Both the position numbers and the translations under genes were made by a program. A stretch of DNA of 41,722 nt, taken from NCBI GenBank assembly GCA_039831155.1, contig JBDONT010000037.1, positions 1 through 41,722 of the forward strand, read 5' to 3'. Below the pieces are notes generated by a model. The model saw only the letters and a program-made list of their open reading frames with translations. It made no database searches and was not told the origin of the DNA. Origin of the DNA: Nautiliaceae bacterium (GTDB lineage Bacteria; Campylobacterota; Campylobacteria; Campylobacterales; Nautiliaceae). Shown in pieces: positions 1 to 10,234 of this stretch (position 1 is the first letter of the stretch; every line of letters begins with the position of its first letter).

Positions 1-28
1 ATAGTAGGAGAGTAATAGTAGGAGAGTA
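1..28 (+). repeat. Tandem 14-bp repeat (ATAGTAGGAGAGTA x2) containing the hisB Shine-Dalgarno
   Basis: Positions 1-14 and 15-28 are identical; ATG at 30. The repeat may extend left of the window. Confidence 0.9.
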
Positions 29-29
29 A

Positions 30-599
30 ATGAGAGAGATAAGAAGAGTTACTAAAGAGACTAAAATAGAAGTAAAAGTGGATATACAAGGTAACGGTAA
101 AGCTAATATTTCTACGGGGGTCGGATTTTTTGACCATATGTTAGAAACCTTGGCAAAACATAGCGGAATAGATATGGAAGTGTTTTGCGACGGGGATATA
201 GATGTGGATTATCATCATACGGTTGAAGATGTGGGTATTGTGTTGGGGCAGGCTCTTTATGATGAGGTGTTTCCTATTGAAAATATAGAAAGATTTTCTA
301 ATGTTATTGCGATTTTGGATGAGGCTGCGGTTGAGGTTGATTTGGATATAGGAGGAAGACCTTATCTTGTGTATGAAATGCCAAGAGAGGGGGCTATTAG
401 AGATTTTGATTTGGAACTTGTGGAAGAATTTTTTAAATCTCTTGTGTTTAATTTTAAAATAGCGGCTCACATTGTTTATAAAAGAGGAACGAATAAACAT
501 CATATAGTTGAGAGTGCGTTTAAATCGTTTGCAGTGGCACTAAGACGAGCATTGACTTATAGAGAATCCGGAATTCCGTCTACTAAAGGGGTATTATGA
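30..599 (+). CDS. hisB: Imidazoleglycerol-phosphate dehydratase
   Basis: RVTKET, TGVGFFDHML, DYHHTVED, NKHHIVE and PSTKGVL motifs. Confidence 0.97.
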   Translation: MREIRRVTKETKIEVKVDIQGNGKANISTGVGFFDHMLETLAKHSGIDMEVFCDGDIDVDYHHTVEDVGIVLGQALYDEVFPIENIERFSNVIAILDEAAVEVDLDIGGRPYLVYEMPREGAIRDFDLELVEEFFKSLVFNFKIAAHIVYKRGTNKHHIVESAFKSFAVALRRALTYRESGIPSTKGVL

Positions 600-1087
600 T
601 AGAACTTATCGTAATAGATGTTGACGGTACTTTGACTGATGGTAAAATATATTACGGGAATAATGGCGAAGAGTTTAAAGCTTTTAATATTAAAGACGGA
701 CTTATGATAAAAAGTTGGAATGCTTTAGGTAAAAAAAGTGCAATTATTACCGGTAGAACTTCTAAAATCGTAGAAAGAAGAGCGAAAGAACTGGATGTTA
801 CGTTTGTTAAACAGGGTGTTAAAAATAAAGAGGAGGTTTTAAAAGATATTATTTCCTCTTTAGGAATTCGTTTGAATCAAGTAGCGGTAATAGGTGATGA
901 TATGAATGATTTATCTATGCTTAAACTTGTGAAAAAGTCTTTTGCTCCTTATGATTCAAATTCTTATATTTATGATTTTGTAAATTATCCTTTAAAGAAA
1001 AAGGGTGGAGAAGGAGCGGTTGCGGAAATGATAGAAATGATTTTAAAAGAAGAAAATTTATACGATAAGTTTTTGGCATTATGGTAA
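596..1087 (+). CDS. kdsC: KDO 8-phosphate phosphatase (HAD family)
   Basis: DVDGTLTDG, IITGR, GDDMND and GGEGAVAE motifs; precedes lptC/lptA-like genes. Confidence 0.92.
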   Translation: MIELIVIDVDGTLTDGKIYYGNNGEEFKAFNIKDGLMIKSWNALGKKSAIITGRTSKIVERRAKELDVTFVKQGVKNKEEVLKDIISSLGIRLNQVAVIGDDMNDLSMLKLVKKSFAPYDSNSYIYDFVNYPLKKKGGEGAVAEMIEMILKEENLYDKFLALW

Positions 1088-1578
1088 AAAAATTTTTCTT
1101 TTTTCTTTTCATTTTTGTAGTAAGTGTTTATCCGATAGTGGTGGGAAGCGAAAATTATGTTGAAAAGAAAAAAAAAGAGATAATTTTGCCGGAAGTTGAA
1201 ATAAAAAAAGGAAATTATTTTTTATATAAAGAGATTTTGGAAAAAAACGGAAGTTTTTCTTCTTTGAAAAAATTTGATTCCAAATATGTAGTATATAATT
1301 TGGTAGTGGACGATTTAATAAAAAAAGCTTTTTATAAAGCTAAAAAAACTCTTTTTTTTAAAGAAAAAATCGTAGGTTTTGATGTTTATTATAAAGATGA
1401 AGCTTTAGAATTAATATCCGATAAAGCTATTTATGATAAAACTACGAAAGAATTAAAAGGAGAAGGATTTAAACTTTTTAACAAAGATATAAGGGGGTAT
1501 GGGAGTAGTTTTGTTATAGATAAAAATAAAAATATTTTTGCAAAAAACGTTACATATTTTATAAAGGTTGATAAATGA
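1081..1578 (+). CDS. LptC-like LPS export periplasmic protein
   Basis: N-terminal membrane anchor, beta-rich body (SDKAIYD), position between kdsC and lptA. Confidence 0.6.
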   Translation: MVKKFFFFLFIFVVSVYPIVVGSENYVEKKKKEIILPEVEIKKGNYFLYKEILEKNGSFSSLKKFDSKYVVYNLVVDDLIKKAFYKAKKTLFFKEKIVGFDVYYKDEALELISDKAIYDKTTKELKGEGFKLFNKDIRGYGSSFVIDKNKNIFAKNVTYFIKVDK

Positions 1579-2024
1579 GAATAGTTTTAATTTTGTTTAT
1601 GGCTCTTTTTTTGTTTGCGGAAGATTTAAAAATTACGAGTAAATATTTTCATTATGACCCTAAAAAACAAGAGAGTGTTTTTAAAGAGGATGTAAACGCA
1701 ACAAAAGGAAGTGATAATATTTTAGCGAATGAGCTTATAGTTTATTTCGATAAAAAAAGAAAACCTGAAAAATTTATAGCTACAGGAAATGTTAGATTTA
1801 TAATTTCTCTTGATAAAAATGCAACGTATAAGGGTAGATGTAATAAGCTTGTTTATACTCTTTATAACGGAAATATAATTCTTTTAGGTAATGCTAAAAT
1901 AGTAAAACTCCAAACGAAAGAGAGCGTAAAGGGTAATAAAATTATTTTAAACAGAATTACGAAAGAAGCGGAAGTTACGGGTAATAAAAAACCTATAGAA
2001 ATTATTTTAAAGGTAAATGAATGA
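1575..2024 (+). CDS. lptA: LPS transport periplasmic protein LptA (OstA family)
   Basis: Signal peptide; ATGNV, LLGNA and VKGNKI beta-jellyroll motifs; synteny. Confidence 0.85.
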   Translation: MRIVLILFMALFLFAEDLKITSKYFHYDPKKQESVFKEDVNATKGSDNILANELIVYFDKKRKPEKFIATGNVRFIISLDKNATYKGRCNKLVYTLYNGNIILLGNAKIVKLQTKESVKGNKIILNRITKEAEVTGNKKPIEIILKVNE

Positions 2025-2593
2025 AAGTAAAATTTTTAAAATCTGCACCATCAATAAATGAAGCGATTGAGCCGAATTTCACTGAAGTTGCACTTCTTGG
2101 TAGAAGTAATGTAGGTAAAAGCAGTTTTTTAAACGCTTTTACGAATCAAAAAATCGCAAAAACGTCTCAAACGCCGGGGAAAACTAAACTTATTAATTTT
2201 TTTGAGGTTGAAGATGAAGGTAAAAAATATATCTTAGTTGATTTACCGGGGTTTGGGTATGCGAAGGTTTCTAAGAGTATGCAAAAAGAGTGGGCTAAAA
2301 ATTTGGATGAGTTTTTAAGAAATAGATTTAACACAAAACTTTTTATCCATTTAAGAGATGCCAGACATCCGAATTTGGATATAGACAATCAAGTGGATGA
2401 GTATATAAACTCTTTTAAAAGAAAAGACCAACAATTGCTTACGGTATTTACAAAAATAGATAAATTAAAACAAAGTGAAATAGCAAAATTAAAAAAAGAG
2501 TTTCCGGATGCTTTGTTTGTTTCTAACGTAAAAAAAAGAGGAATAGACAATGTAAAACGTAAGATTAATGAAATTTTATGGGGGAATCAATGA
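2021..2593 (+). CDS. yihA: Ribosome biogenesis GTPase YihA/EngB
   Basis: GRSNVGKSS, SQTPGKT, DLPGFGYA and TKIDK motifs. Confidence 0.96.
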   Translation: MKVKFLKSAPSINEAIEPNFTEVALLGRSNVGKSSFLNAFTNQKIAKTSQTPGKTKLINFFEVEDEGKKYILVDLPGFGYAKVSKSMQKEWAKNLDEFLRNRFNTKLFIHLRDARHPNLDIDNQVDEYINSFKRKDQQLLTVFTKIDKLKQSEIAKLKKEFPDALFVSNVKKRGIDNVKRKINEILWGNQ

Positions 2594-3048
2594 TAAAAAT
2601 TATTAAACCTACTCTTGATAATATAAAAGATATTCAGGAGATATTGGCACCTTTTGTAAAAGAGGGAGTTATTTTAAAAAGAGATGATGATGAAGTGGCT
2701 ATGAATATACGCTCTTATATGTTGATTTTATACGATAACGAACCGGTTGGAGTTGGAGCTTTGCATATTTATTCCAGATTTTTAGGGGAGATACGGTCTT
2801 TGGCTTTAAAAGAAGATTTTCAAGGAAAAGGATTGGGGAAAATACTTGTAAGTAGCTTTTTAAAAGAAGCTAAGGAACTTAAATTGAAAGAAGTTTTGGT
2901 TTTAACTTATAAAAAAGAGTTTTTTGAGAAATTGGGCTTTACGGAAATAGCTAAAGAAGCTATTCCGGATAAAAAAATATGGGCGGATTGTATAAGATGC
3001 AAGTTTTTCCCGAGTTGCAACGAAATAGCTCTTATTACTTATTTGTAA
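2590..3048 (+). CDS. GNAT N-acetyltransferase, short ArgA-like (amino-acid N-acetyltransferase)
   Basis: EIRSLA, FQGKGLG, LTY..FF..LGF, KIWADC..C..FP.CNE. Start taken at ATG 2590, which overlaps the yihA stop. Confidence 0.8.
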   Translation: MIKIIKPTLDNIKDIQEILAPFVKEGVILKRDDDEVAMNIRSYMLILYDNEPVGVGALHIYSRFLGEIRSLALKEDFQGKGLGKILVSSFLKEAKELKLKEVLVLTYKKEFFEKLGFTEIAKEAIPDKKIWADCIRCKFFPSCNEIALITYL

Positions 3049-3434
3049 AACTGCTTTTAATTTACGGTGTAAATTTTCTTAGCAGTTTTTCTCCGTTTTT
3101 ACCGGTAATGTTTTCTTTTTTTATAGTATGTGAGGAGTATTTTTTCGGGCTTTTTTTTATTGTTCTTTTTAGCTATTTTCATAATTTTAATATATGGTGG
3201 ATGTTTTCTTTTTTTATAGCAATGAAGTTTTATTTTATTAATTTCATAAAGGATATGATAAATTTTAAATATCAGGATGTGGTAGGAGCTTTTGTGAGTT
3301 ATCTGTTTTTACTTTTTTATTTGTTTATAAAAGCTAATTTAGGAATTTTTTTGTTAATTGCTTATATAGTTTATAATTTTGCTTTTGATGTTATTGTAAT
3401 GAGGTTAAGTAAATGCGAATTAAAATCGTTATAG
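2979..3434 (+). CDS. Hydrophobic membrane protein, possible MreD-like (true start uncertain, probably downstream)
   Basis: Several hydrophobic segments; fills the gap and overlaps the mrdA start. Confidence 0.5.
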   Translation: MGGLYKMQVFPELQRNSSYYLFVKLLLIYGVNFLSSFSPFLPVMFSFFIVCEEYFFGLFFIVLFSYFHNFNIWWMFSFFIAMKFYFINFIKDMINFKYQDVVGAFVSYLFLLFYLFIKANLGIFLLIAYIVYNFAFDVIVMRLSKCELKSL

Positions 3435-5200
3435 GAATAATTTTATTTTTTTATTTTATTTTAATTTACAGAATTTACGAACTTAGTGTCGAATCGAATA
3501 AAGAATATTTGAAATTATCTTTAAAAAATATGGAAAAAACTTTTCTTATAGCACCGATAAGAGGGGTTATTTATGATAGAAACTCAAAACCGGTCGCTTA
3601 TAATGAGCTTAGATTCGATATAGCGTTAAAACCTCATCTAAGTTCTTCGGAATTAAATGAAACATTGGATGAGCTTAAAAACACTTTGGATTTAAACTCT
3701 GCTCAAATTGCCAAACTTTATAAAAAATATAAAAGGGAAAATTCTCCTTATAATCACAAACCCGTTACATTAATTAAATATCAAAAAGAAGAAATTATTT
3801 ACAAAGTCCAGCCGTTTTTAAGTTTAAACGATGATATTATAATCACTCCTTCTTATATGAGAAAATATCCGTATAAAGAGATTATGGCAAATATCTTGGG
3901 GTATGTTTCAAAAGCCAATATTAACGATTTAAAAAGAAATTCCGTAATAAAACTTACTCAAATTTCCGGTAAAAGAGGGATTGAGAAGTATTATGACGAT
4001 ATTTTACAAGGGACTCCGGGTAAAAAGAAAGTTATTGTAAATGCTAAAAATGAGATTTTAAAAGAGCTTTCCTTTACAAAACCGCTCTCTCATAAACTTG
4101 TGTTAACTGTGGATACCAGACTTCAGAAATTTATTTATAACTTGTTAAAAAAAGAGAATAAAAAAGGTGCCGTTGTTGTTATGAGTGTGGACGGAGAAGT
4201 GTTGGCACTTGTTACATATCCTAGCTATGATGACAATCTCTTTGTAAAAGGGATAGATGCTAAAAAATGGAATTCTCTTTTACACGATATTTACCATCCT
4301 CTTTTGAATAAACCGGTAAGTGGGATTTATCCTCCGGGGTCTACGGTTAAACCGGCGGAGGGACTTATAGCGGTGGCTAGTAAAAAGTGGAATCCCTGGC
4401 AAAAGATTTATTGTCCCGGTTATATTGAAATAGGAAAAAGAAAGTTTAGGGACTGGAAAGAAGGGGGACACGGAGAAGTTAATTTAATTAAAGCCATAAA
4501 AAGAAGTGTTGACGTTTATTACTATAAGCTAGGGTTAAAACTTGGTATTGATTATTTGGCAAAACATCTAAGAAAAATGGGATTTGGTAGAAAAACGGGC
4601 ATAGATTTACCTAACGAAAAAAGGGGAATAGTTCCCGATAAAGAGTGGAAAAGAAGAAGATTTCATCAACCTTGGTTTATAGGAGAGACTCTTAATGCCG
4701 TAATAGGCCAGGGATATTTTCTTGCAACTCCTATTCAGGTGGCAGTCGATACGGCTCTTCTTGCCAGTGGTAAACTTCCAAAACCTTTTGTTGTGAAATA
4801 TATAGACAATAATAAAACAAAACCCACTTTAAAAGATGTTTTAACTCCTTTACAAAAAGCTTATTTGGGAATTGTGAGAAAAGGAATGTGGGAGGTTTGT
4901 AACGCTCCGGGAGGTACTGCCACAAGACATATACATACTAAAATATTAATAGCCGGAAAAACCGGTACGGCCCAGGTTTACTCAATTCCTCAAGAAGTTA
5001 AAAAAAGAAAAAAAGAAGACGAGCTTAAATATTTTCACCGTTCTCACGCCTGGTTTACTACGTTCGGACCTTATAAGCATCCGCAATTTGTCGTAACCGT
5101 ATTGATAGAACACGGAGGACACGGAGGTGAAGCCGCAGGCGGTATTGTAAGTGAAATATATGATTGGCTTTATGAAAACGGCTATATAAAATTGCGTTAA
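3413..5200 (+). CDS. mrdA: Penicillin-binding protein 2
   Basis: PIRGVIYDRN, YPPGSTVK (SxxK), SVD (SxN-like) and KTGTAQ motifs. Confidence 0.95.
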   Translation: MRIKIVIGIILFFYFILIYRIYELSVESNKEYLKLSLKNMEKTFLIAPIRGVIYDRNSKPVAYNELRFDIALKPHLSSSELNETLDELKNTLDLNSAQIAKLYKKYKRENSPYNHKPVTLIKYQKEEIIYKVQPFLSLNDDIIITPSYMRKYPYKEIMANILGYVSKANINDLKRNSVIKLTQISGKRGIEKYYDDILQGTPGKKKVIVNAKNEILKELSFTKPLSHKLVLTVDTRLQKFIYNLLKKENKKGAVVVMSVDGEVLALVTYPSYDDNLFVKGIDAKKWNSLLHDIYHPLLNKPVSGIYPPGSTVKPAEGLIAVASKKWNPWQKIYCPGYIEIGKRKFRDWKEGGHGEVNLIKAIKRSVDVYYYKLGLKLGIDYLAKHLRKMGFGRKTGIDLPNEKRGIVPDKEWKRRRFHQPWFIGETLNAVIGQGYFLATPIQVAVDTALLASGKLPKPFVVKYIDNNKTKPTLKDVLTPLQKAYLGIVRKGMWEVCNAPGGTATRHIHTKILIAGKTGTAQVYSIPQEVKKRKKEDELKYFHRSHAWFTTFGPYKHPQFVVTVLIEHGGHGGEAAGGIVSEIYDWLYENGYIKLR

Positions 5201-5232
5201 TTTGATTAAATATGTCTTAAAAAGGTCTCTTT

Positions 5233-6962
5233 TTGGGAAAATTTAGAAAAAGTATATTTTTTAAAGTTGCACTTTTGATTATTTCTTTGCAAACTTTAGT
5301 TTTATTTATAATAGCGGTTTTGCTTCAAAAACATCAGTTAAGATTAATTCAAAAAATTCACAATCAACAGCACTCTTTCATAACCACTTTTATAGAACGT
5401 CAAAAAATTAAACGGATTTCAAAAGAGATTGATAATATAAAAAGTGTTGTTAATGTGCTTAGTGGGACGTTGGCTTATTCTTTATACAATCTGGATGAAG
5501 GTAATTTAAAAAAGATAATCAAATCCCTTCTTAAAAAAAGAGTGATAAAAAGCGTTTATATTTACGACAGTGTGGGATAAGAAATATTTATAGGAGGGTA
5601 TAAAGATGGAAAAAAGATAATTTTGACTAAAAACATACCTCCTCAATTTATAGCGTATCCTTCTATAAAAGAGGATATTGTCTATAATAAAGAAAAGGTT
5701 GGATATATTAAAATTTTTTATGATATGGCGGAAATTTTAAATGAATTAAAAGCTCAAGAGACTCAAGCACTTGAAATTGCAAATATGCAAATGGATAATA
5801 TTTATTATTCCCTTCAAAAAGAGCATAAATTTTTGTATATTTATTTCTTTTTGGCTTCTTTACTGGTTGTGCTTGTGGTGGTTTGGGTGCTTTTTAGTTT
5901 GGTTAACAAGCCTTTGTCGGAACTTAAAAAGGGGCTTGAGAGCTTTTTTAAATTTTTGGCAAATCCTAAAAACAGGGTAACTCCTATTCATATAGATTCT
6001 CAAGATGAATTCGGAGAAATTGCCAAATTTGCAAATAACAGAATAGTAACAAGTTCTCATCTTCACGCTAAACTTGCCGAACTTATGGAGGTTGTAAATA
6101 GATACGTGCCTATTGTTGAGTTTGACGAAAAGTGTAAAATTATTAATTTAACGGATGCTTTTTGTGAAGTCGTAAGTTTTTCTAAAGAGTATTTGATAGG
6201 TAAGGATATAGGGTTTTTGGTGATAGATTGTAATGAGTTGGTTAAGAAATAGAAATAAACGGAGTTTACCAAATTGAAATAAAACTTTTTGATAATAAAT
6301 GGCTTTTTTCAACTTTTACAAAAAAAGAATCGGAAGATATAAAAGAATATGTTTGGATTTCTTACGATATAACTTCTAAAAAAGAAGTTGAGTTTATGAA
6401 AAATAATTTGGAAGTTTTAGTCGATGAAAAATCAAAAGAGATTCAAAAATTTCATAATCTTACTATGGATAGTATTAAATATGCTTCTTTAATTCAATAT
6501 GCTATTTTGCCCCCTAAAGTGCTTTTTGACGAAGTGTTTGAGGATTGTTTTATTATTTGGGAAGCAAAAGACATTGTAGGAGGGGATATCTATTTATTTG
6601 AAAAAATTTCTGAAAACGAATATATATTGATGGTAATAGACGCAACGGGTCATGGAGTTACCGGGGCTTTTGTAACTATGCTTATTAAAGCTATAGAAAG
6701 ACAGATTATTTATGATTTTAATATAAACGATTCTCCCGGTAAAATCTTATCAGAATTTAATAAAAACATAAAAAACGTTCTTCATCAGTTTGAAGATGAA
6801 AAAGGAGTTTCTAATGCCGGATTTGACGGGGGACTTATTTATGTTAATTTAAAAGAGAATATTTTGAAATTCGCCGGGGCTAATGTAGGGCTTTATTATG
6901 TGGAAGACGGGGAGGTTAATTTTATAAAAGGCGATAGGCACTCTACAAGTGGCCTCCTTTGA
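5233..6962 (+). pseudogene. Decayed membrane sensor-HAMP-PAS/PAC-SpoIIE(PP2C) phosphatase gene
   Basis: In-frame TAA at 5578-5580; 1-nt frameshift near 6247-6249; HAMP (SQDEFGEIA), PAC (WISYDITSKK) and PP2C (VGGDIY, DATGHGVTGA, GFDG) motifs; truncated after KGDRHS. Confidence 0.85.
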
Positions 6963-7649
6963 CGTTTTATAAGCATAATCAACTTACCGGGGCTACAGTG
7001 GAAATAGTTGATGAGGTGTTTAAAAGAATTCACAAAAATTATAAAATAGACCTTATTCCCTGGAAAAGATGTGTTTATTTGGTTAAAAATTACGATAAAA
7101 CAAAAACATACGAGATGTTTTTAGACGGGACTTATACGAAAAAAAGAGCTAAAGAGTTTTACTTGACAAAACCTATCTATTCTACGCATAACGTTGCTTG
7201 GTTTTCTACTAAAAGATTTTCAAAAGTGAAAATTAAAGATATTTTACTCAACAATCCTAATAAACTTAGATATTGCGATGTAAACGGGTATCAGGTTGAG
7301 ATGTATTACAAAAAGCTTCATTTAAGCAAATCCAAAAAAATAGATCAGGGAGCTAAAAACAGTTGTGACGTGTTAAGAAAAATCTCAAAAAATAGGTGTA
7401 GACGTTATGATAGCTTCAAAAGAGGCTATTATCGGTTATCAGGAGAGTGGAAGATGTAAAATACCAAAAGATATTTCGTATGTCGATTTGCCTATGTTTA
7501 AAGAGACTAAATTTTATATGTTTATCTCAAAAAAATATTCAAAAGCAAAAGAGCTTTTAAAAGAGATAAACTCTGCACTTGAAGAGATGAAAAAGGATAA
7601 AACCTTAGATAAGATTTTAAATAAATGGCTTAAATTAAAAACTCTTTAA
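6941..7649 (+). pseudogene. Decayed amino-acid-type substrate-binding domain gene (SBP family 3-like)
   Basis: WPP, G..VEIV, PWKRC, YTKKRA and GR.D-like motifs; no signal peptide; an extra A at 7400 splits NRC/DVMIASKE. Confidence 0.75.
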
Positions 7650-8592
7650 ATTTTTCTTTAGGGAATTTTTTAGCTTTTATAGGCTGGTTGTTTAATAAAA
7701 CTTCTCCTTCTTTTTCTTTTGAATAGCTTATTAAAATATTGGCTGCAACTTTTTTTATATCGTCGGGAGAATCTTTTTGGATTAATCCCACAGGACCTTT
7801 AAAACCTTTAGGGAACATTTTTAAAAACAACTCTCCCTTATACTCTTTTAAAACTCCGTTTTCATCTGCGTTTCTAGATAAAATAAATTTATATCCGTTT
7901 AAATTGAAGTGTCTTCCGACTTTTAAAATATCTATTTCATTTGGTGTTAGATTTAGTGCTTTTGAAAAATCTTTTAATCTTTTGGAGAAGTTTATATCGG
8001 TAAGTAAACATCCGCCTCCGGGGCTTTCGAAGTTCTCAAGGCCGTATTTTTTTGCAAGTTTCAGTTGTGTTTTTCTGTCCCTTCCACTGATTCCCAGCAG
8101 TTTTTCCCTATCTACCCAACCTTTTATCTCCGCAACGGTAGGAGGTAGAAGTTTTGCACTAAGAGGTCTTAATACAATTCCTTGGGCGTTTGCCAGTTTG
8201 TTTACTGCGTTTAGTGCCGGCAGTCTTTGGCTCATAGGTCTTTGACCTACCACTTCTCCACTGATTATAAATTCGGCGTCACTTTTTTTCATATATTCTT
8301 TGGCAACTCTAATCATATTTGCATGGCAGTCTATGCAAGGGTTCATATTTTTTCCGTATCCGTAAACAGGATTAAAGAGAATTTCTTTTATATATTGTTC
8401 TTTGATATCTAATACGGTAAGTTTTATGCCGAGTTCTTGGGCTAATTTCTGAAGGTGGAAAATTTTATTTTTATTACTCTCAAAACCGATGTCTATATAA
8501 ACACCTTCTACTTCTATGTTTTGTTCTTGAATAAGTTTTATGGCTAAAGCAGAGTCAAGACCTCCACTAAATAGTGCTATCGCTTTCAACAA
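7630..8592 (-). CDS. PP-loop tRNA sulfurtransferase-like protein (ThiI/MnmA-like family)
   Basis: SGGLDS PP-loop, NPCIDCH, GEVVGQRPMSQ, LRPLSA and PGGGCLLTD; directly downstream of dnaG. Confidence 0.8.
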   Translation of the reverse strand: MLKAIALFSGGLDSALAIKLIQEQNIEVEGVYIDIGFESNKNKIFHLQKLAQELGIKLTVLDIKEQYIKEILFNPVYGYGKNMNPCIDCHANMIRVAKEYMKKSDAEFIISGEVVGQRPMSQRLPALNAVNKLANAQGIVLRPLSAKLLPPTVAEIKGWVDREKLLGISGRDRKTQLKLAKKYGLENFESPGGGCLLTDINFSKRLKDFSKALNLTPNEIDILKVGRHFNLNGYKFILSRNADENGVLKEYKGELFLKMFPKGFKGPVGLIQKDSPDDIKKVAANILISYSKEKEGEVLLNNQPIKAKKFPKEKFKEFLI

Positions 8593-10189
8593 GTACTCCT
8601 TTTTTCAGTTGTAGTATTTTATAGTTCAGTTTTTTTAAAAGATGCATTTTTTCATCTGTTGGGATTGATTTATTTAATTTTATTTCCAGCAGTTTTTGTT
8701 GGTAATAGGGGATTAAAAGTTTAATTATCTGTTTTTTTAAGGTTTCGTAATCCAGTGTTAAAATATCGTCTCTTAAGACTATATCAAGAAGTTTAGGGTC
8801 TTCGAATTTTTCCTGGTATACAAGAGAGAGTTCTTCTTTATGAACGGTAAAAACGTCCACACTTAAATATTCCACTATTTCATCCATTAATTGAGGCTGT
8901 TCGTAAAGTGTTTTTATAATTGAGGCTTCTGCTATGTTTATTTTTTTGTTTGTGTTTATTTGTATAGAAGATGTTCTTACGCTTAGTAGCTTTGGTGGTA
9001 CTTGGAGCATTCTTGCAGCTTCTTGAATAAACGATTCTTTTAAAATATCCGGCAGTGAAAATATATATTCTTTTAATTCGTCAATTGCGAATTTTTTTTG
9101 AATGGGGTTTTTTATTTCGTATTTATTTATTGTACGGTTTATTATGAAATCTGAAAATGGAGTTGCGTTTTTTATGTAAGGTTCGAGGGGTTCGTTGTTT
9201 TTTATAATATCCGCCGGGTCTAATCCTTGTGGCAGTAAGACGACTCCTCCTTCGAAAAAATTTTTAAAAAGAATTTTGGAAGCTTTTAAAGCCGCGTTTA
9301 TTCCGGCATTGTCACTATCATATGAAATAAATATTTTGCTTGATAGTTTTTTTAGTTGAGGAAGGTGTTCGGGGGTTAGGGCTGTACCTAGAGTTGCTAT
9401 GCTGTTTGTGTAATTTGCTTGATGAAGCATAATAACGTCCATATAACCTTCTACTATAATCGTCTCTTTTTTTCTTAAGATATGCTCTCTTGCGAAATTT
9501 AATCCGTAAAAGGTTTTTGATTTATTGAATATTTTCGTATTTGAGAAGTTGATATATTTTGCCGGATGGTTGGTTATAGTCCTTCCTCCAAAGGCTATTA
9601 TTTTGTTGGATGTGGAGAAAATAGGGAATGTAATTCTTTCTATGAGTCTTGGATATTCACCCTTTTCGGATAATACGCCTAAAAAAATTAAGTCTTGTTT
9701 GTTTAAATTTGCGTCTTTAAAAAATTGCATTTGGGTTTGGACATCCGGGGCGTATCCCAGAGAAAATTTTTCTATTGTAGAATCGTTTAAACCTCTTTGT
9801 TTGAGGTAGTTATAAGCCTCTTTGTTTTTGTATAGTTGTTGAATGTAAAAGGCGTTTATTTTTTCTAGTAAATCTACTTTTATATAAGAGTTTTTTGATG
9901 AGTATTCCAGCTTGAAATTATACATACTTGCCAGTTTTTCTATGGCTTCCGGGTAGGAGAGTTTTTCTATTTCCATTATGAATTTTATAGCGTCTCCACT
10001 TGCACCACATCCGAAGCAGTGATATATCTGTTTAGAAGGACTTACCACAAAGCTTGGGGTTTTCTCACTGTGAAAAGGGCATAATGCAGTGTAGTTGCTT
10101 CCCTGTTTTTTGAGCTGAACATAATTTCCGATAACATCGACTATATCGATAATGCTTTTTAAATTTTCTATTGATTCGGGTTTTATCAT
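8567..10189 (-). CDS. dnaG: DNA primase
   Basis: CPFHSEKTPSF..CFGC zinc finger, FGGR, and TOPRIM VEGYMD / YDSDNAG. Confidence 0.97.
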   Translation of the reverse strand: MIKPESIENLKSIIDIVDVIGNYVQLKKQGSNYTALCPFHSEKTPSFVVSPSKQIYHCFGCGASGDAIKFIMEIEKLSYPEAIEKLASMYNFKLEYSSKNSYIKVDLLEKINAFYIQQLYKNKEAYNYLKQRGLNDSTIEKFSLGYAPDVQTQMQFFKDANLNKQDLIFLGVLSEKGEYPRLIERITFPIFSTSNKIIAFGGRTITNHPAKYINFSNTKIFNKSKTFYGLNFAREHILRKKETIIVEGYMDVIMLHQANYTNSIATLGTALTPEHLPQLKKLSSKIFISYDSDNAGINAALKASKILFKNFFEGGVVLLPQGLDPADIIKNNEPLEPYIKNATPFSDFIINRTINKYEIKNPIQKKFAIDELKEYIFSLPDILKESFIQEAARMLQVPPKLLSVRTSSIQINTNKKINIAEASIIKTLYEQPQLMDEIVEYLSVDVFTVHKEELSLVYQEKFEDPKLLDIVLRDDILTLDYETLKKQIIKLLIPYYQQKLLEIKLNKSIPTDEKMHLLKKLNYKILQLKKGVLVESDSTI

Positions 10190-10234
10190 TTTGAAATTAT
10201 AGTAAAATTTTAGAAATTCTACTAAGGATAGAAG

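Noticed and set aside
5578-5580. In-frame stop as programmed readthrough or recoding
   Set aside because: It is TAA, and the same gene has further frameshift and deletion lesions.
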